Assembly (NCBI RefSeq): GCF_000175255.2
Contig: NC_017262.1
Span: 750,001 to 782,000 of the forward strand
Direction of reading: 5' to 3'
Length of the DNA stretch: 32,000 nucleotides
From: Zymomonas mobilis subsp. mobilis ATCC 10988
Lineage (GTDB): Bacteria; Pseudomonadota; Alphaproteobacteria; Sphingomonadales; Sphingomonadaceae
The notes under the pieces were generated by a model. The model was not told the origin of the DNA, did not search any database, and worked only from the letters and a program-made list of their open reading frames with translations. A program made the translations under genes and the position numbers. Positions 18,143-29,218 of the stretch are shown piece by piece (the stretch's first letter is position 1; each line of letters starts with the position of its first letter).

Positions 18143-18589
18143 AGATAGAACCTTAAAATCAAAGGCTTGCAGATTTTAAAAACGGAAGCAGATTTCTCGA
18201 AATATACATAGACCCCCCTTAAAAACATATTATCTTATAATAAGAATATACCAATATGACAAAAAACAATAATTTAGCATATTATTAGATAATATTGTTT
18301 AGCAACAATGATTTATTATTCTAAATATGATATTGCAAATCAATATCATATTCAAGAGGTTTTCTAATGAAAGAATGTCAGAAAATATAAAATAATAAAA
18401 AAAGAGGGTTGTCTATATAATAAACAGAGACAAAAAAATTTTAAAATAAAATTACTATAAAGAGGATTAAATTATAAAAAATATCTTTACTTATAAAAGA
18501 TATGTTATTTTTTAATCAGGAGATCGCTCATTTTAAAAATTTAATATCTCAAATCAGAGACAGCATAATAGATAGCGATATTTCTTGGA

Positions 18590-18664
18590 TGGTGATCCCT
18601 ACGGGAATCGAACCCGTGTTTTCGCCGTGAGAGGGCGACGTCCTAGACCGCTAGACGAAGGGAC
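18590..18664 (-). tRNA. tRNA-Glu (anticodon CTC), CCA encoded
   Basis: Reverse complement GTCCCTTCGTCTAGCGGTCTAGGACGTCGCCCTCTCACGGCGAAAACACGGGTTCGATTCCCGTAGGGATCACCA folds as a cloverleaf; anticodon loop CTCTCAC, T-loop GGGTTCGATTCCC. Confidence 0.97.
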
Positions 18665-18720
18665 CAGCAGAGAAGCGCGGGATAGTCCACCCCGCCCTTC
18701 CCGTCAACTATAAAAGCCGC

Positions 18721-20073
18721 CTAGAACAAATCGGCAACTTGAAAGGCCATTTCCAAAGCCTGATCGCGACTTAAGCGCGGATCACAATGCGTCATATAAC
18801 GCCGTTTCAGGTCTTCTTCGCTCAATCCAGCGCTGCCACCGATGCATTCGGTTACATCCAAACCTGTCATTTCAAGATGGATACCACCGGCATAGGTGCC
18901 TTCTGCCTGATGAACAGCAAAGAAGCCTTTGACTTCATCAAGGATGCGTTCAAATGGTCGGGTTTTCTGACCTTCGCTGGTGGTTGTGCCATTGCCATGC
19001 ATAGGATCACAAATCCATGCGACAGGACGACCTTCCGCCTTAACGGCCCGAACCAAAGTAGGCAGATGCTTTTCGATCTTGTCCGCACCATAACGGGTAA
19101 TCAAGGTGATACGACCGGCTTCACGGGACGGATCAAGGACATCCAACAAGCGCAACAGCTCATCAGCTTCCAAATTGGGGCCACATTTCAAACCGATGGG
19201 GTTATCAATACCGCGCAAAAATTCGACATGAGCCGAACCTTCAAAACGGGTGCGATCACCAATCCACAAGAAATGACCGGATGTGGCATAATCCAATCCA
19301 TAGTCGCAATCGCTCCGCACCATGGCTTCTTCATAAGGCAGATGCAAAGCCTCATGGCTGGTAAAGCATGGCGCGGCATATCCGTTACCAAAACCGCCAC
19401 AGCTCTGGGCAAAACGGAACGCATCGCCCATTTCAGCGACCAGACCACGCCATGAATCATCTGCCCATGAACGGCTATTCACAAAGTCATGCAGACCGTT
19501 AAAGGCATATTCCCATTTGTCATCACCGGCTTGGGTATAGGCACGGATCAAATTAAGGGTGATGGCCGATTGGGCATGTCCGGCCAACAGACGATCTGGG
19601 TCGGGCAAACGCGCTTCTTCGGTAAAAGAAATATCGTTGACGTTATCGCCACGATAGCTTGGCAAAGAAACGCCATCTTTTTCTTCCATGTTGGAAGAAC
19701 GCGGCTTGGCAAACTGACCTGCAATCCGCCCGATGCGGACAACGGGCTTACCAGAAGCATAGGAAACAACGGCATCCATCCATAACAGGGCAGACAGAGT
19801 TGCACGCACAGATTCAGCCGAGAAATCGCGGAAACTTTCGGCACAGTCACCGCCTTGGACAACAAAGGCTTTGCCCTTGGCAACATCGGCCAATTTTTCT
19901 TTTAACAGTCGGGCTTCTGAACCCAAAATCAAAGGCGGGTAAGAAGATAACTGATCTAAAGCCTTATCCAGTTTATCGTTATCTGGATAAATCGGTAATT
20001 GTCGCGCTTCAAAATCGCGCCAACTATCTGGCGTCCAGTCTGTTACCATTATTATTCCTTTCAAGCTGCGCAA
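18721..20073 (-). CDS. 3-deoxy-7-phosphoheptulonate (DAHP) synthase, class II (plant-like)
   Basis: 'FVVQGGDCAESFRDFSA', 'PVVRIGRIAGQFAKPRS', 'SHEALHLPYEEAMVR', 'WICDPMHGNG', 'GGIHLEMTG' are class II DAHP synthase motifs. Confidence 0.95.
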   Translation of the reverse strand: MRSLKGIIMVTDWTPDSWRDFEARQLPIYPDNDKLDKALDQLSSYPPLILGSEARLLKEKLADVAKGKAFVVQGGDCAESFRDFSAESVRATLSALLWMDAVVSYASGKPVVRIGRIAGQFAKPRSSNMEEKDGVSLPSYRGDNVNDISFTEEARLPDPDRLLAGHAQSAITLNLIRAYTQAGDDKWEYAFNGLHDFVNSRSWADDSWRGLVAEMGDAFRFAQSCGGFGNGYAAPCFTSHEALHLPYEEAMVRSDCDYGLDYATSGHFLWIGDRTRFEGSAHVEFLRGIDNPIGLKCGPNLEADELLRLLDVLDPSREAGRITLITRYGADKIEKHLPTLVRAVKAEGRPVAWICDPMHGNGTTTSEGQKTRPFERILDEVKGFFAVHQAEGTYAGGIHLEMTGLDVTECIGGSAGLSEEDLKRRYMTHCDPRLSRDQALEMAFQVADLF

Positions 20074-20141
20074 AGGCGGTTCATCAGTTTTCTATTCGGC
20101 AGGAGCGTTCTTTCTGTCAGAGAAAAGCTCTGGCAAAAAAC

Positions 20142-21692
20142 TCAGGCATTCCATTCAGGCCGCCATTCCCACCCCAAAGGATCACCATCAAGAACGTCAA
20201 TACCGGCTTCGGAAAGACGATCTCTGATGGCATCGGATGCCGCAAAATCTTTTTCTTTCCGTTTCAATTGCCGTTCTTCTAATAGATCCAAAACGTTATT
20301 TTCCTGTAAAGATGCGTTTTTGGGGCGGATATTGAGACTTGCCCGATCCAGATGCAGAAGATTGAGTCCCAATATCATGTCCATAGAGGCAATCAATCGT
20401 AACTGCTCTTCTGGTTGTAATTTTTTATTGCCAAGCGTTTCTTCCAGCAATGGCAAAGCCTGCGGCAACATCAAATCATTGGAAACAGCCAGATCAAAAA
20501 GTTCCAATATAGCCAAAGCCTCTTTTTTCAAAGGCGCTTCAATCAAACCCCGCTGATAATCAAGCGGCGCCCCTTTACTAAATGATCTTTCATCAAAAGC
20601 CCGCAACCAATCTGGTTCACCGTCAGCAACCACCTTTTTCTGGACTTTCTTTTTCAGCTGACCGACGGCAATGACCAACCGTTTCAAACGGGTTAAAGCC
20701 GCCAGAATATTATCTGGTGAAAACTCTAACTCGGAACGGTAATGGGCTGACAAGCATAATACCCGATAAGCCAAAGGATGGATACCCGCTTCTATCAAGG
20801 TAGAAAGGGTCAAGAAACTACCCTTTGACTTCGACATTTTACCGCTACGATCCACCAGAAAATTGTTATGGAGCCAGAAATTCGCACCTGTTTTCTGCTG
20901 GTCACCAGTAAAGGCCTGATTCTGGGCGATCTCGTTGCAGTGATGAATCTCGCGATGGTCAATCCCACCGGTATGGATATCGAATTGCTCACCCAGATAT
21001 TTCATGCTCATCACCGAGCATTCCAGATGCCATCCTGGCGCACCCGGGCCCCAAGGAGAAATCCATTCCATCTGGCGCTTTTCATCAGGAGAAGAACGCC
21101 GCCACAAAGCAAAATCAGCAGGATGCTTCTTACCGGCAACGGTTTCAATCCGCCCAACACCTTCGGCCTCACGATGACCGGCCAGTAATCCATACTCTTT
21201 TAAACGGCTGGTATCGAAATAAAGACCGCTATCCAGTTGATAGGTAAATCCGGCCTCTTCTATTTTTCGGGCAAAGGCAATCATATCCTCGATATGGTCG
21301 GTAGCAATGCTCCAGATAGTCGGATTAAAAATATTCAGATTTTTTAGATCAGACCAAAAGGCTTCGGTATAAAAGCGGGCAACATCCCATATTGTTTTTT
21401 GGGCTTTATGGGCGGCGGCTTCCATTTTATCGTCACCGGTATCACTGTCAGAAGTCAGATGCCCGACATCGGTGATATTGATGACATGATTGACCGGATA
21501 GCCTTTCCAGTTCAGCATCCGCCGCAAACTATCGGTAAAGACATAAGCCCGTAAATTTCCGAGATGGGCAAAATTATAAACAGTTGGGCCACAGCTATAA
21601 AGACGCACACGCTCTGGATCGATAGGGGTAAAATTTTCGATCTTTTTGGAAAGGCTGTTAAAAAACAGAACCGGTGCGGAAGGCTTGGCCAT
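20142..21692 (-). CDS. cysS: Cysteinyl-tRNA synthetase
   Basis: 'LYSCGPTVYNFAHLGNLRAYVFTD', 'GPGAPGWHLECSVMSMKYLG', and 'GKMSKSKGSF' (KMSKS). Confidence 0.96.
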   Translation of the reverse strand: MAKPSAPVLFFNSLSKKIENFTPIDPERVRLYSCGPTVYNFAHLGNLRAYVFTDSLRRMLNWKGYPVNHVINITDVGHLTSDSDTGDDKMEAAAHKAQKTIWDVARFYTEAFWSDLKNLNIFNPTIWSIATDHIEDMIAFARKIEEAGFTYQLDSGLYFDTSRLKEYGLLAGHREAEGVGRIETVAGKKHPADFALWRRSSPDEKRQMEWISPWGPGAPGWHLECSVMSMKYLGEQFDIHTGGIDHREIHHCNEIAQNQAFTGDQQKTGANFWLHNNFLVDRSGKMSKSKGSFLTLSTLIEAGIHPLAYRVLCLSAHYRSELEFSPDNILAALTRLKRLVIAVGQLKKKVQKKVVADGEPDWLRAFDERSFSKGAPLDYQRGLIEAPLKKEALAILELFDLAVSNDLMLPQALPLLEETLGNKKLQPEEQLRLIASMDMILGLNLLHLDRASLNIRPKNASLQENNVLDLLEERQLKRKEKDFAASDAIRDRLSEAGIDVLDGDPLGWEWRPEWNA

Positions 21693-21912
21693 CTGTCGTC
21701 CCTAATAAATAAAATACTATTCTTGCTGATAAGGAGGATAGGAAAGGTAAACCACGCCTTGCCTCAAAAACAAGAGAGAATGGCTTTTACCCGTTTTTGC
21801 ACCAGATATATATAGAATAAGGCGGGCATCTAACAGATACCCGCCTAAAATTCTGTATTGATATAAACCGCAGAAGCCTGCCGCTTATATCAATCAAGGA
21901 AGAAAAAGCCGA

Positions 21913-22152
21913 TTATTTACCGACTTTGTTCTTCAGATCGTTCGCAGCATCGGTAGCTACATTGTCAACGCTTTCAGCAGCGTTGGCAGCAGCCGTGCTA
22001 ACGTCGGTTGCGAAATTGTCGATTGCGCCGTTGTCAACGGAGACAACAGAGTTGTCAGCCGTGTTAGCAGCTTCAGTGTTTTCAGCCGGTTTGTTGCAAG
22101 CAGCAACAGCCATCAGACCGGCGGCGGCAAAAATGATGCCAAGCTTCTTCAT
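21913..22152 (-). CDS. Small predicted lipoprotein of unknown function (79 aa; about 61 aa mature)
   Basis: N-terminal signal 'MKKLGIIFAAAGLMAVAAC' with lipobox VAAC; Asn/Ala/Asp-rich mature region; 'gagtagctcc' region upstream may carry the RBS. Confidence 0.8.
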   Translation of the reverse strand: MKKLGIIFAAAGLMAVAACNKPAENTEAANTADNSVVSVDNGAIDNFATDVSTAAANAAESVDNVATDAANDLKNKVGK

Positions 22153-22860
22153 GAGAGTAGCTCCAGTTTTGTTAATAACGGGCCCGGTCCGAAACGCCGT
22201 GCCCCATTGGCTCCCAATAGCGATTCATTTCCAATAATCAATCAGGAAGAAAGCCTTTTCGACCTCTATTGGTCGCAAATTTGTGATTTCGAGGCAAAAA
22301 AGCTACAAAATAGAACAAGTTTTTTGAATAGAAGCTGATTATCACCCCTATTACTTCGATTTTATTTTAAAAATTTCGACAAAAAATGACGTTGTAAACG
22401 CTTTTGCGCTTTCGAGTCAGAATCGGGAAATAAAATAAAAACTTATAAGTTTCCTTATTATTGGTTTTTCTTGCAAGAATCACCGCATCGCCAATATCCT
22501 GTTTCTCGATGAAGAAGAAAATTTTTCAGGACGTTTTTTCAGATTTCTGTTCTTCCTTTTTAGCCCTTAGGGTGTATTCGCATAAAAATGGTTTTTCACG
22601 CAAAAATGCGAAATATTATTAACAATAAAAATAATATAATTTTACAAAAGACAAGGCGACCACGCCTTTCATCACCAAAATAAGGCGTAGAATTTTAGAA
22701 GACTTATCTATACAGGGTAAGGGTGATTTTTCTTCTTTTTAAAAACAACCAAACAAAGACACTGATGACCGCATTTTTTGGGGATCAGGATTTGCCAATA
22801 TAACAAAGCTTCGCTAATTTAGACGATATTTTCCCTTTTTCGCCAAATCTCGGAGACGTC

Positions 22861-24543
22861 ATGGCCGTCCAGTATAGTTATGTCATGAAAGGTCTGACCA
22901 AGACTTTTCCCGGCGCTAAAAAACCTGTTCTGAATAATATTCACCTGCAATTTTTACCCGGAACCAAAATCGCCATTATCGGTGTGAATGGTGCCGGTAA
23001 ATCGACCTTGATGAAAATCATGGCCGGTATGGACACCGAATTTCAGGGTGAAGCATGGGCAGCGGAAGGAATCCGCGTCGGCTATCTCCCACAGGAACCA
23101 GACCTTGACCCGACAAAGGATGTCAAAGGCAATGTGATGGACGGCGTTCGCGAAATCGCGGATCTGGTCGATCGCTTTAACGAAATCTCGACCTTAATGG
23201 CCGATCCGCCTGCGGATGCCGATTTTGACGCCCTGATGACTGAAATGGGCGAATTACAGGAACGGATTGACACTGTTGACGGCTGGACATTGGACAACCA
23301 GCTTGAAATCGCCATGGAAGCTCTGCGTTGCCCTCCCGGCGATGCCGATGTTACCAAACTTTCCGGTGGTGAACGCCGCCGCGTTGCGCTTTGCCGCTTG
23401 CTGTTGGAAAAACCCGAAATCCTGTTGCTAGATGAACCGACCAACCATCTTGATGCCGAAAGCGTCGCATGGCTGGAAAATCATCTGAAAGAATATCCGG
23501 GCAACGTCATTCTGGTTACCCATGACCGTTACTTCTTGGATAATGTCGTTGGTTGGGTGCTGGAAATCGACCGTGGTCGCGGTATTCCGTTTGAAGGCAA
23601 CTATTCTGCATGGTTAGAAGCCCAGTCGAAACGACTGGAGCAGGAAGAACGCGAAGAAGAAGGCCGTCAAAAAGCCATCCAGCAGGAATTGCAGTGGATT
23701 AGACAAAGCCCGAAAGCGCGTCAGACCAAGAGCAAAGCCCGTATCAAGGCTTTTGAAGAATTGGTTGAAAAGCAAAATGACCGCCGCCCGGGTGCGGCTC
23801 AGATCATGATCCAGATTCCGGAACGCTTGGGCAGCAAAGTTATCGAAGCACGCGGCCTGACCAAAAGCTTCGGTGAGAAAAAGCTGTTTGAAGATCTGAG
23901 CTTCACGCTGCCCCCCGGTGGTATTGTTGGCGTGATCGGTGCCAATGGTGCCGGTAAAACGACGCTGTTCAAACTGATTACCGGACAAGAAAAACCGGAT
24001 GCCGGTGAAATCGAAGTCGGGCCCACGGTGCAGCTTGGCTATGTCGATCAAAGCCGCGACCATCTCGACGATAAAAAGAATGTCTGGGAAGAAGTTTCCG
24101 ACGGTCTTGATCGCTTCACCTTCGGTAAGCATGAAATCGCTACCCGCGCTTATGTCGGTGCCTTTAATTTCAAAGGCTCGGATCAGCAGAAAAAAGTTGG
24201 CCAGTTATCAGGCGGTGAAAGAAACCGCGTCCATATGGCCAAAATGCTGAAAGAAGGCGGAAACGTTTTGCTGTTGGATGAACCGACCAACGATCTTGAC
24301 GTTGAAACCCTGCGTGCTTTGGAAGAAGCCTTGGAAAACTTCGCTGGTTGCGCCGTAGTTATCAGCCATGACCGTTTCTTCCTTGACCGCTTGGCAACCC
24401 ATATCCTCGCTTTTGAAGGCGACGGCCATGTCGAATGGTTTGAAGGTAACTTCGAATCCTATGAAGAAGACAAACGCCGCCGCTTGGGTGATGCCGCTGA
24501 CCGCTCCAGCGCACAGGCCTATAAAAAATTAACTCGCAACTAA
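22861..24543 (+). CDS. ettA: ABC-F family ATPase, energy-dependent translational throttle protein EttA
   Basis: 560 aa, duplicated ABC domains: 'GVNGAGKST' / 'GANGAGKTT', 'LSGGERRRVALCRLLL' / 'LSGGERNRVHMAKML', and the EttA-type linker region. Confidence 0.95.
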   Translation: MAVQYSYVMKGLTKTFPGAKKPVLNNIHLQFLPGTKIAIIGVNGAGKSTLMKIMAGMDTEFQGEAWAAEGIRVGYLPQEPDLDPTKDVKGNVMDGVREIADLVDRFNEISTLMADPPADADFDALMTEMGELQERIDTVDGWTLDNQLEIAMEALRCPPGDADVTKLSGGERRRVALCRLLLEKPEILLLDEPTNHLDAESVAWLENHLKEYPGNVILVTHDRYFLDNVVGWVLEIDRGRGIPFEGNYSAWLEAQSKRLEQEEREEEGRQKAIQQELQWIRQSPKARQTKSKARIKAFEELVEKQNDRRPGAAQIMIQIPERLGSKVIEARGLTKSFGEKKLFEDLSFTLPPGGIVGVIGANGAGKTTLFKLITGQEKPDAGEIEVGPTVQLGYVDQSRDHLDDKKNVWEEVSDGLDRFTFGKHEIATRAYVGAFNFKGSDQQKKVGQLSGGERNRVHMAKMLKEGGNVLLLDEPTNDLDVETLRALEEALENFAGCAVVISHDRFFLDRLATHILAFEGDGHVEWFEGNFESYEEDKRRRLGDAADRSSAQAYKKLTRN

Positions 24544-24554
24544 TCATGTTGCCT

Positions 24555-24590
24555 CTGTCCTGACCGGATTTTCCGGTCGGGACAGTTTTT
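24555..24590 (+). terminator. Intrinsic terminator after ettA
   Basis: CTGTCCTGACCGG-ATTTT-CCGGTCGGGACAG (13-bp stem with one G.T pair) followed by TTTTT. Confidence 0.93.
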
Positions 24591-24760
24591 ATCTTATCCC
24601 TAGAATCGCGGATACTTTCTTAAAGTATCTGCTCTCCCTCCATCCGCGTTACTAGCTCTCATAAACTGACGAGCGGAAAACGCCTTACCGTCTTGTCCTA
24701 GCGGCGGCGATTCCTACAATCGATTCCAAGCCTAATTATCCAACAACGACCTACTCAAAA

Positions 24761-24789
24761 AAAAGAACCGGCCATAAAATGACCGGCTC
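24761..24789 (-). terminator. Intrinsic terminator after ahcY
   Basis: On the minus strand: GAGCCGG-TCATTTTATGG-CCGGTTC followed by TTTTTTTT. Confidence 0.85.
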
Positions 24790-24837
24790 CTTGTGCTTTC
24801 ATTCAGAAGAGAGAGCGCTCTCTTCCAAAATGACAAA

Positions 24838-26232
24838 TCAATAACGATAATGATCCGGCTTGAACGGGCCATTGACCGGAACACCGATATAATCAGCCTG
24901 TTTCTGGGTAAGCTTGCTCAAATGAACGCCCAATTTCGGGAGATGCAAAGCTGCAACCTTTTCATCAAGATGCTTCGGCAACATGTAAACATCTTTCTGA
25001 TATTTATCCGTGTTGCAGAACAGCTCAATCTGCGCCAACACCTGATTGGTGAAGCTGGCTGACATCACAAAGCTTGGGTGACCCGTGGCACATCCCAGAT
25101 TGACCAAACGGCCCTTAGCCAGAACGATGATTTCCTTACCATCAGGGAATTTAACCAGATCAACCTGCGGTTTGATTTCAGTCCATTCCATGTTGGCGAG
25201 CGAATTGATCTGAATTTCACTGTCGAAATGACCGATATTGCAGACAATCGCATGCTGCTTCATGGCGCGCATGTGATCGAGCGTAATAATATCGGCATTA
25301 CCGGTGCAGGTAACGAAAATATCAGCTCGCGGTGCCGCTTCTTCCAAGGTAACGACTTCATAGCCTTCCATGGCGGCCTGAAGCGCACAGATCGGATCGA
25401 CTTCGGTTACCAGAACACGCGCGCCACCATTCCGCAAGGAAGCGGCAGAGCCTTTACCCACATCACCGAAACCGGCGACACAAGCCACTTTACCGGCCAA
25501 CATCACGTCGGTTGCGCGGCGGATGGCATCGACCAAAGATTCTTTACAACCATAGAGATTGTCGAATTTTGACTTGGTCACGGAATCGTTGACGTTAATC
25601 GCTGGGAAAAGCAATTCGCCTTTCTTGGCAATTTCATACAAACGATGAACACCAGTCGTGGTTTCTTCGGAAACACCCTTAATGGCTTTTGCGGTTTTGG
25701 TTAAGAAACCGGGGGTTGCAGCAACCCGACGACGAACCGTTTTCTGGAAGATTTCTTCTTCTTCATTCTGCGGCGCAGGGAATTCAACACCCGCTTCCAG
25801 CTTGGCACCCCACAGAACGAACATGGTCGCATCGCCACCATCATCCAAAATCATATTGGCGGTTTCACCCTTACCCCAATCGAAAATACGATCGACATAA
25901 TCCCAATATTCTTCCAAAGATTCGCCTTTAACGGCAAAAACCGGAATATTCTGTTCGGCAATGGCCGCTGCCGCGTGATCCTGCGTGGAAAAGATATTGC
26001 AGGAAGCCCAACGCACTTCTGCCCCCAAATCGACCAGCGTTTCAATCAAAACAGCGGTTTGGATGGTCATATGCAAAGAACCGGTGATCCGCGCGCCTTT
26101 TAACGGCTTTTTAGCGGCATATTCTTCCCGCAAAGCCATCAGACCGGGCATTTCACCTTCGGCGATATCAATTTCTTTACGCCCCCAGCCAGCAAGGCTG
26201 ATGTCACGGACAATATAAGGCTCATTAGCCAT
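24838..26232 (-). CDS. ahcY: S-adenosylhomocysteine hydrolase (adenosylhomocysteinase)
   Basis: '[27 protein letters not shown]', '[21 protein letters not shown]', NAD-binding '[16 protein letters not shown]', C-terminal '[10 protein letters not shown]'. Confidence 0.97.
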   Translation of the reverse strand: MANEPYIVRDISLAGWGRKEIDIAEGEMPGLMALREEYAAKKPLKGARITGSLHMTIQTAVLIETLVDLGAEVRWASCNIFSTQDHAAAAIAEQNIPVFAVKGESLEEYWDYVDRIFDWGKGETANMILDDGGDATMFVLWGAKLEAGVEFPAPQNEEEEIFQKTVRRRVAATPGFLTKTAKAIKGVSEETTTGVHRLYEIAKKGELLFPAINVNDSVTKSKFDNLYGCKESLVDAIRRATDVMLAGKVACVAGFGDVGKGSAASLRNGGARVLVTEVDPICALQAAMEGYEVVTLEEAAPRADIFVTCTGNADIITLDHMRAMKQHAIVCNIGHFDSEIQINSLANMEWTEIKPQVDLVKFPDGKEIIVLAKGRLVNLGCATGHPSFVMSASFTNQVLAQIELFCNTDKYQKDVYMLPKHLDEKVAALHLPKLGVHLSKLTQKQADYIGVPVNGPFKPDHYRY

Positions 26233-26609
26233 AAATGAAGTCTCCTAAGAAAAGGCTAGTCGGCAATCAAATTTCAAAATATATCCGGCGGGTGCTTCAG
26301 CTGTCTTCTGCCAACAGATAAAAAACGCTTTCACAAGCAAAGGCTGGAATCACATTTCTCATCTGCTCGGAAGGCTATATTTCCCCATATTCGGATAGCT
26401 GTAACGTGAGATAACCTGACATGTAAACATTAAGAATATAAAAATATAAATAATTCTTTATGTAAAGTGGCAAGCTGCTCTTCTTCGATATCAGATATCA
26501 AGATAAACTGTTGTATCTTCTCCATAGAATTTTGAATATTGCTTTCTTCGCTGGCCAAAAACCCTTAAACGGTTGGTTTTATGCCCCTTTAGACGTATAG
26601 GCTCTGCAT

Positions 26610-27743
26610 ATGTCCATTCGTCCTTGGCGCCATATAGAGCGCCGCAAATCGCGCAAGATCATGGTTGGTAATGTAGCTGTCGGTGGCGATGCCCCGATCA
26701 GTGTCCAGACCATGACAAACACCCCGACCGTCGATGCTCAAGCCACGATCGCCCAGATCAAACGCTGCGAAGCTGTCGGTGTCGATCTTATTCGGGTATC
26801 CTGTCCCGATAAAGAATCCACCGCCGCTTTAAAGGACATTGTCCGCGCAGCCGAAGTGCCGATCATCGCGGACATCCATTTTCACTATAAACGCGCTTTA
26901 GAAGCCGCTGATGCAGGGGCAGCCTGCCTTCGCATCAATCCTGGCAATATCGGTTCCTCCGAACGCGTTGCCGAAGTTGTCCGCGCGGCAAAAGCCAATG
27001 GCTGCGCCATCCGTATCGGTGTGAATGCCGGTAGCCTTGAAAAAGAGCTACTCGAAAAATATGGCGAGCCCTGCCCCGATGCGCTGGTTGAAAGCGCCCT
27101 TAACCATATTAAATTATTACAAGACCAAGATTTCCATGAATTCAAGGTAGCCGTAAAGGCTTCCGATGTTTTCTTGGCAGTTGCTTCTTATAAAGCGCTA
27201 GCGAAAGCTGTCGATTGCCCGCTCCATCTCGGTATCACCGAAGCCGGTGGCCTTATTGGCGGAACCGTTAAATCCGCTCTGGGTATCGGTAATCTGTTGT
27301 GGGATGGTATCGGCGATACGTTACGCGTTTCGCTTTCCGCTGATCCCGAGCAGGAAGTGCGGGTCGGCTACGACATTCTCAAGACTTTGGATCTTCGCAC
27401 TCGTGGTGTTCGGGTTGTTTCCTGCCCCAGCTGTGCAAGACAAGGCTTTGATGTTGTCAAAACGGTCAAGGCTCTGGAAGAAAGACTGGCCCATATTGCT
27501 ACGCCAATTTCGCTTTCTATTCTGGGCTGCGTGGTGAACGGGCCCGGCGAAGCACGGGAAACCGATATCGGCGTTACCGGTGGCGGTCAGGGTAAGCATA
27601 TGGTCTTCTTGTCCGGTGTCACCGATCATACCGTCGAAGATGCCAAAATGCTCGATCACATCGTTTCCTTGGTCGAAGCCAAAGCAGCCGAAATCGAAGC
27701 CGAAAAAGCAAAAGAGAAGGCGGCCACGGTCGCCGCCGAATAA
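26610..27743 (+). CDS. ispG: 4-hydroxy-3-methylbut-2-en-1-yl diphosphate synthase (flavodoxin)
   Basis: '[24 protein letters not shown]', '[13 protein letters not shown]', '[10 protein letters not shown]', and Fe-S Cys pattern '[12 protein letters not shown]'/'[15 protein letters not shown]'. Confidence 0.96.
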   Translation: MSIRPWRHIERRKSRKIMVGNVAVGGDAPISVQTMTNTPTVDAQATIAQIKRCEAVGVDLIRVSCPDKESTAALKDIVRAAEVPIIADIHFHYKRALEAADAGAACLRINPGNIGSSERVAEVVRAAKANGCAIRIGVNAGSLEKELLEKYGEPCPDALVESALNHIKLLQDQDFHEFKVAVKASDVFLAVASYKALAKAVDCPLHLGITEAGGLIGGTVKSALGIGNLLWDGIGDTLRVSLSADPEQEVRVGYDILKTLDLRTRGVRVVSCPSCARQGFDVVKTVKALEERLAHIATPISLSILGCVVNGPGEARETDIGVTGGGQGKHMVFLSGVTDHTVEDAKMLDHIVSLVEAKAAEIEAEKAKEKAATVAAE

Positions 27744-27899
27744 TCTCGTTATAACAAATTTACTTCTCGTTATCCCTGCTCATTTTGGGCAGGGATACAG
27801 AACCACCTGTTAAAATTCTGTTTTCATTCAACAGAAAAGCCTTTCTTACAAAAGGCAGATACAAAGCCTCGTTAAATTAGGCCACCATCTAAGATTCTA

Positions 27900-28817
27900 T
27901 CAATCTTTCTTCTTATAAATCTCGACAATTTTATCCACCAGCTCCAAGGCTTCTTCTCTTGAACGCTGGAAAACATTCCGTCCCATAATTGAACCAAAGC
28001 CGCCACCGTCGCGAATAGCTTCGGCTTCTTTAAAAAGCTCATCTGGCGTTTTTGCTTCGCCACCTGAAAAGACTACCATACGCCGACCTGCAAAAGCTGA
28101 TTCCATAATATGGGAAACACGGTTAGCTAATGGTGCCCAGTCTTTTCCTGAATAAGCTGGGATAGCTTCAGGCTGTTCGATATGAGAAGTCGGTAATTTC
28201 ACCTTGATAATATGACCACCAATCTGGGCAGCGATATGCACAGCATAGGCACTGACATCCAAGGCCGTTTCGCCTCTTTTGGTCAATCGTCCACCGCGTG
28301 GATAGGCCCAAATAACGGTTGCCAATCCGCATCTTTTGGCTTCTGCCGCAATATGGCGGAATTCTTCAATCTGCTCAAAGATAATATCGGAACCGGGATA
28401 AATCGTAAAACCAACCGCCGAACATCCCAATCTTAACGCATCGCCGACACAAGAAGTGACCGCCTGATCGTTCACAGAGGACCAACTATTCGAAGAGTTC
28501 ATCTTCAAAATAGTCGGTATTTGACCGGCAAAAGTCGCTGCTCCCGTTTCCAGCATCCCAAGCGGTGCCGCAAAAGCAGAAAACCCGCCATCAATTGCTA
28601 ATTTATAATGATATTGGGGATCATATCCGGCGGGATTAGGATAAAAACTGCGCGCAGGGCCATGTTCTAAACCTTGATCGACCGGCAAAATAATCAGCTT
28701 GCCAGTGCCACCCAAACGGCCATGATTCAAAATACGAGCAAGATTAGCCTTTGTCCCGGGATTATCACTTTCATAAAGATCAAGAATAGCTTTTACTTCG
28801 GGAGTAATAGACATCAC
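27900..28817 (-). CDS. fbaB: Fructose-bisphosphate aldolase, class I (FbaB/DhnA-type)
   Basis: 'LIILPVDQGLEHGPARSF', 'YAVHIAAQIGGHIIKVKLPT', 'RRMVVFSGGEAK', 'GGFGSIMGRNVFQR' match the archaeal-type class I aldolase family. Confidence 0.9.
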   Translation of the reverse strand: MMSITPEVKAILDLYESDNPGTKANLARILNHGRLGGTGKLIILPVDQGLEHGPARSFYPNPAGYDPQYHYKLAIDGGFSAFAAPLGMLETGAATFAGQIPTILKMNSSNSWSSVNDQAVTSCVGDALRLGCSAVGFTIYPGSDIIFEQIEEFRHIAAEAKRCGLATVIWAYPRGGRLTKRGETALDVSAYAVHIAAQIGGHIIKVKLPTSHIEQPEAIPAYSGKDWAPLANRVSHIMESAFAGRRMVVFSGGEAKTPDELFKEAEAIRDGGGFGSIMGRNVFQRSREEALELVDKIVEIYKKKD

Positions 28818-29218
28818 AGCGCTCCTTCCCTTGGGATATAAGGTAACAGCCCCGGCATATCTAGCTGTATCAGTAAAATAACGCTTTCGGCTGAAAACTT
28901 AATTTGACGGTTACCTGAGCAACTCTTTTTAACCTGATAAGAGAATCAGTCACCCGTTTTTTCTGTCATATAGAAAGATACTATAAGGTTATAGCATCAG
29001 AGCTACAGAGTTAGCTTCTTCTTAAATAAAAAATTTTAAAGTTTTTCTAAAAAATTAGACAAAGATTTGCTTTAACAAGAAAGAATAATCGCCTTATTAG
29101 TGATCATTGCTGCTTAAAATAAAATCATGGGCAAAAATAATGGCTATATTCTTAATTTATTTTGCTCAATTGATGTGATTAAACCTTAAAAAATAATCAC
29201 CATTTTCTTTTACCCAAA

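Noticed and set aside
19999-20556. 185-aa plus-strand ORF
   Set aside because: Antisense to the class II DAHP synthase and cysS genes, no domain signal.
26233-26609. SAM/SAH riboswitch upstream of ahcY
   Set aside because: I looked for a recognisable riboswitch core on the minus strand and could not identify conserved motifs; a covariance-model search would be needed to decide.
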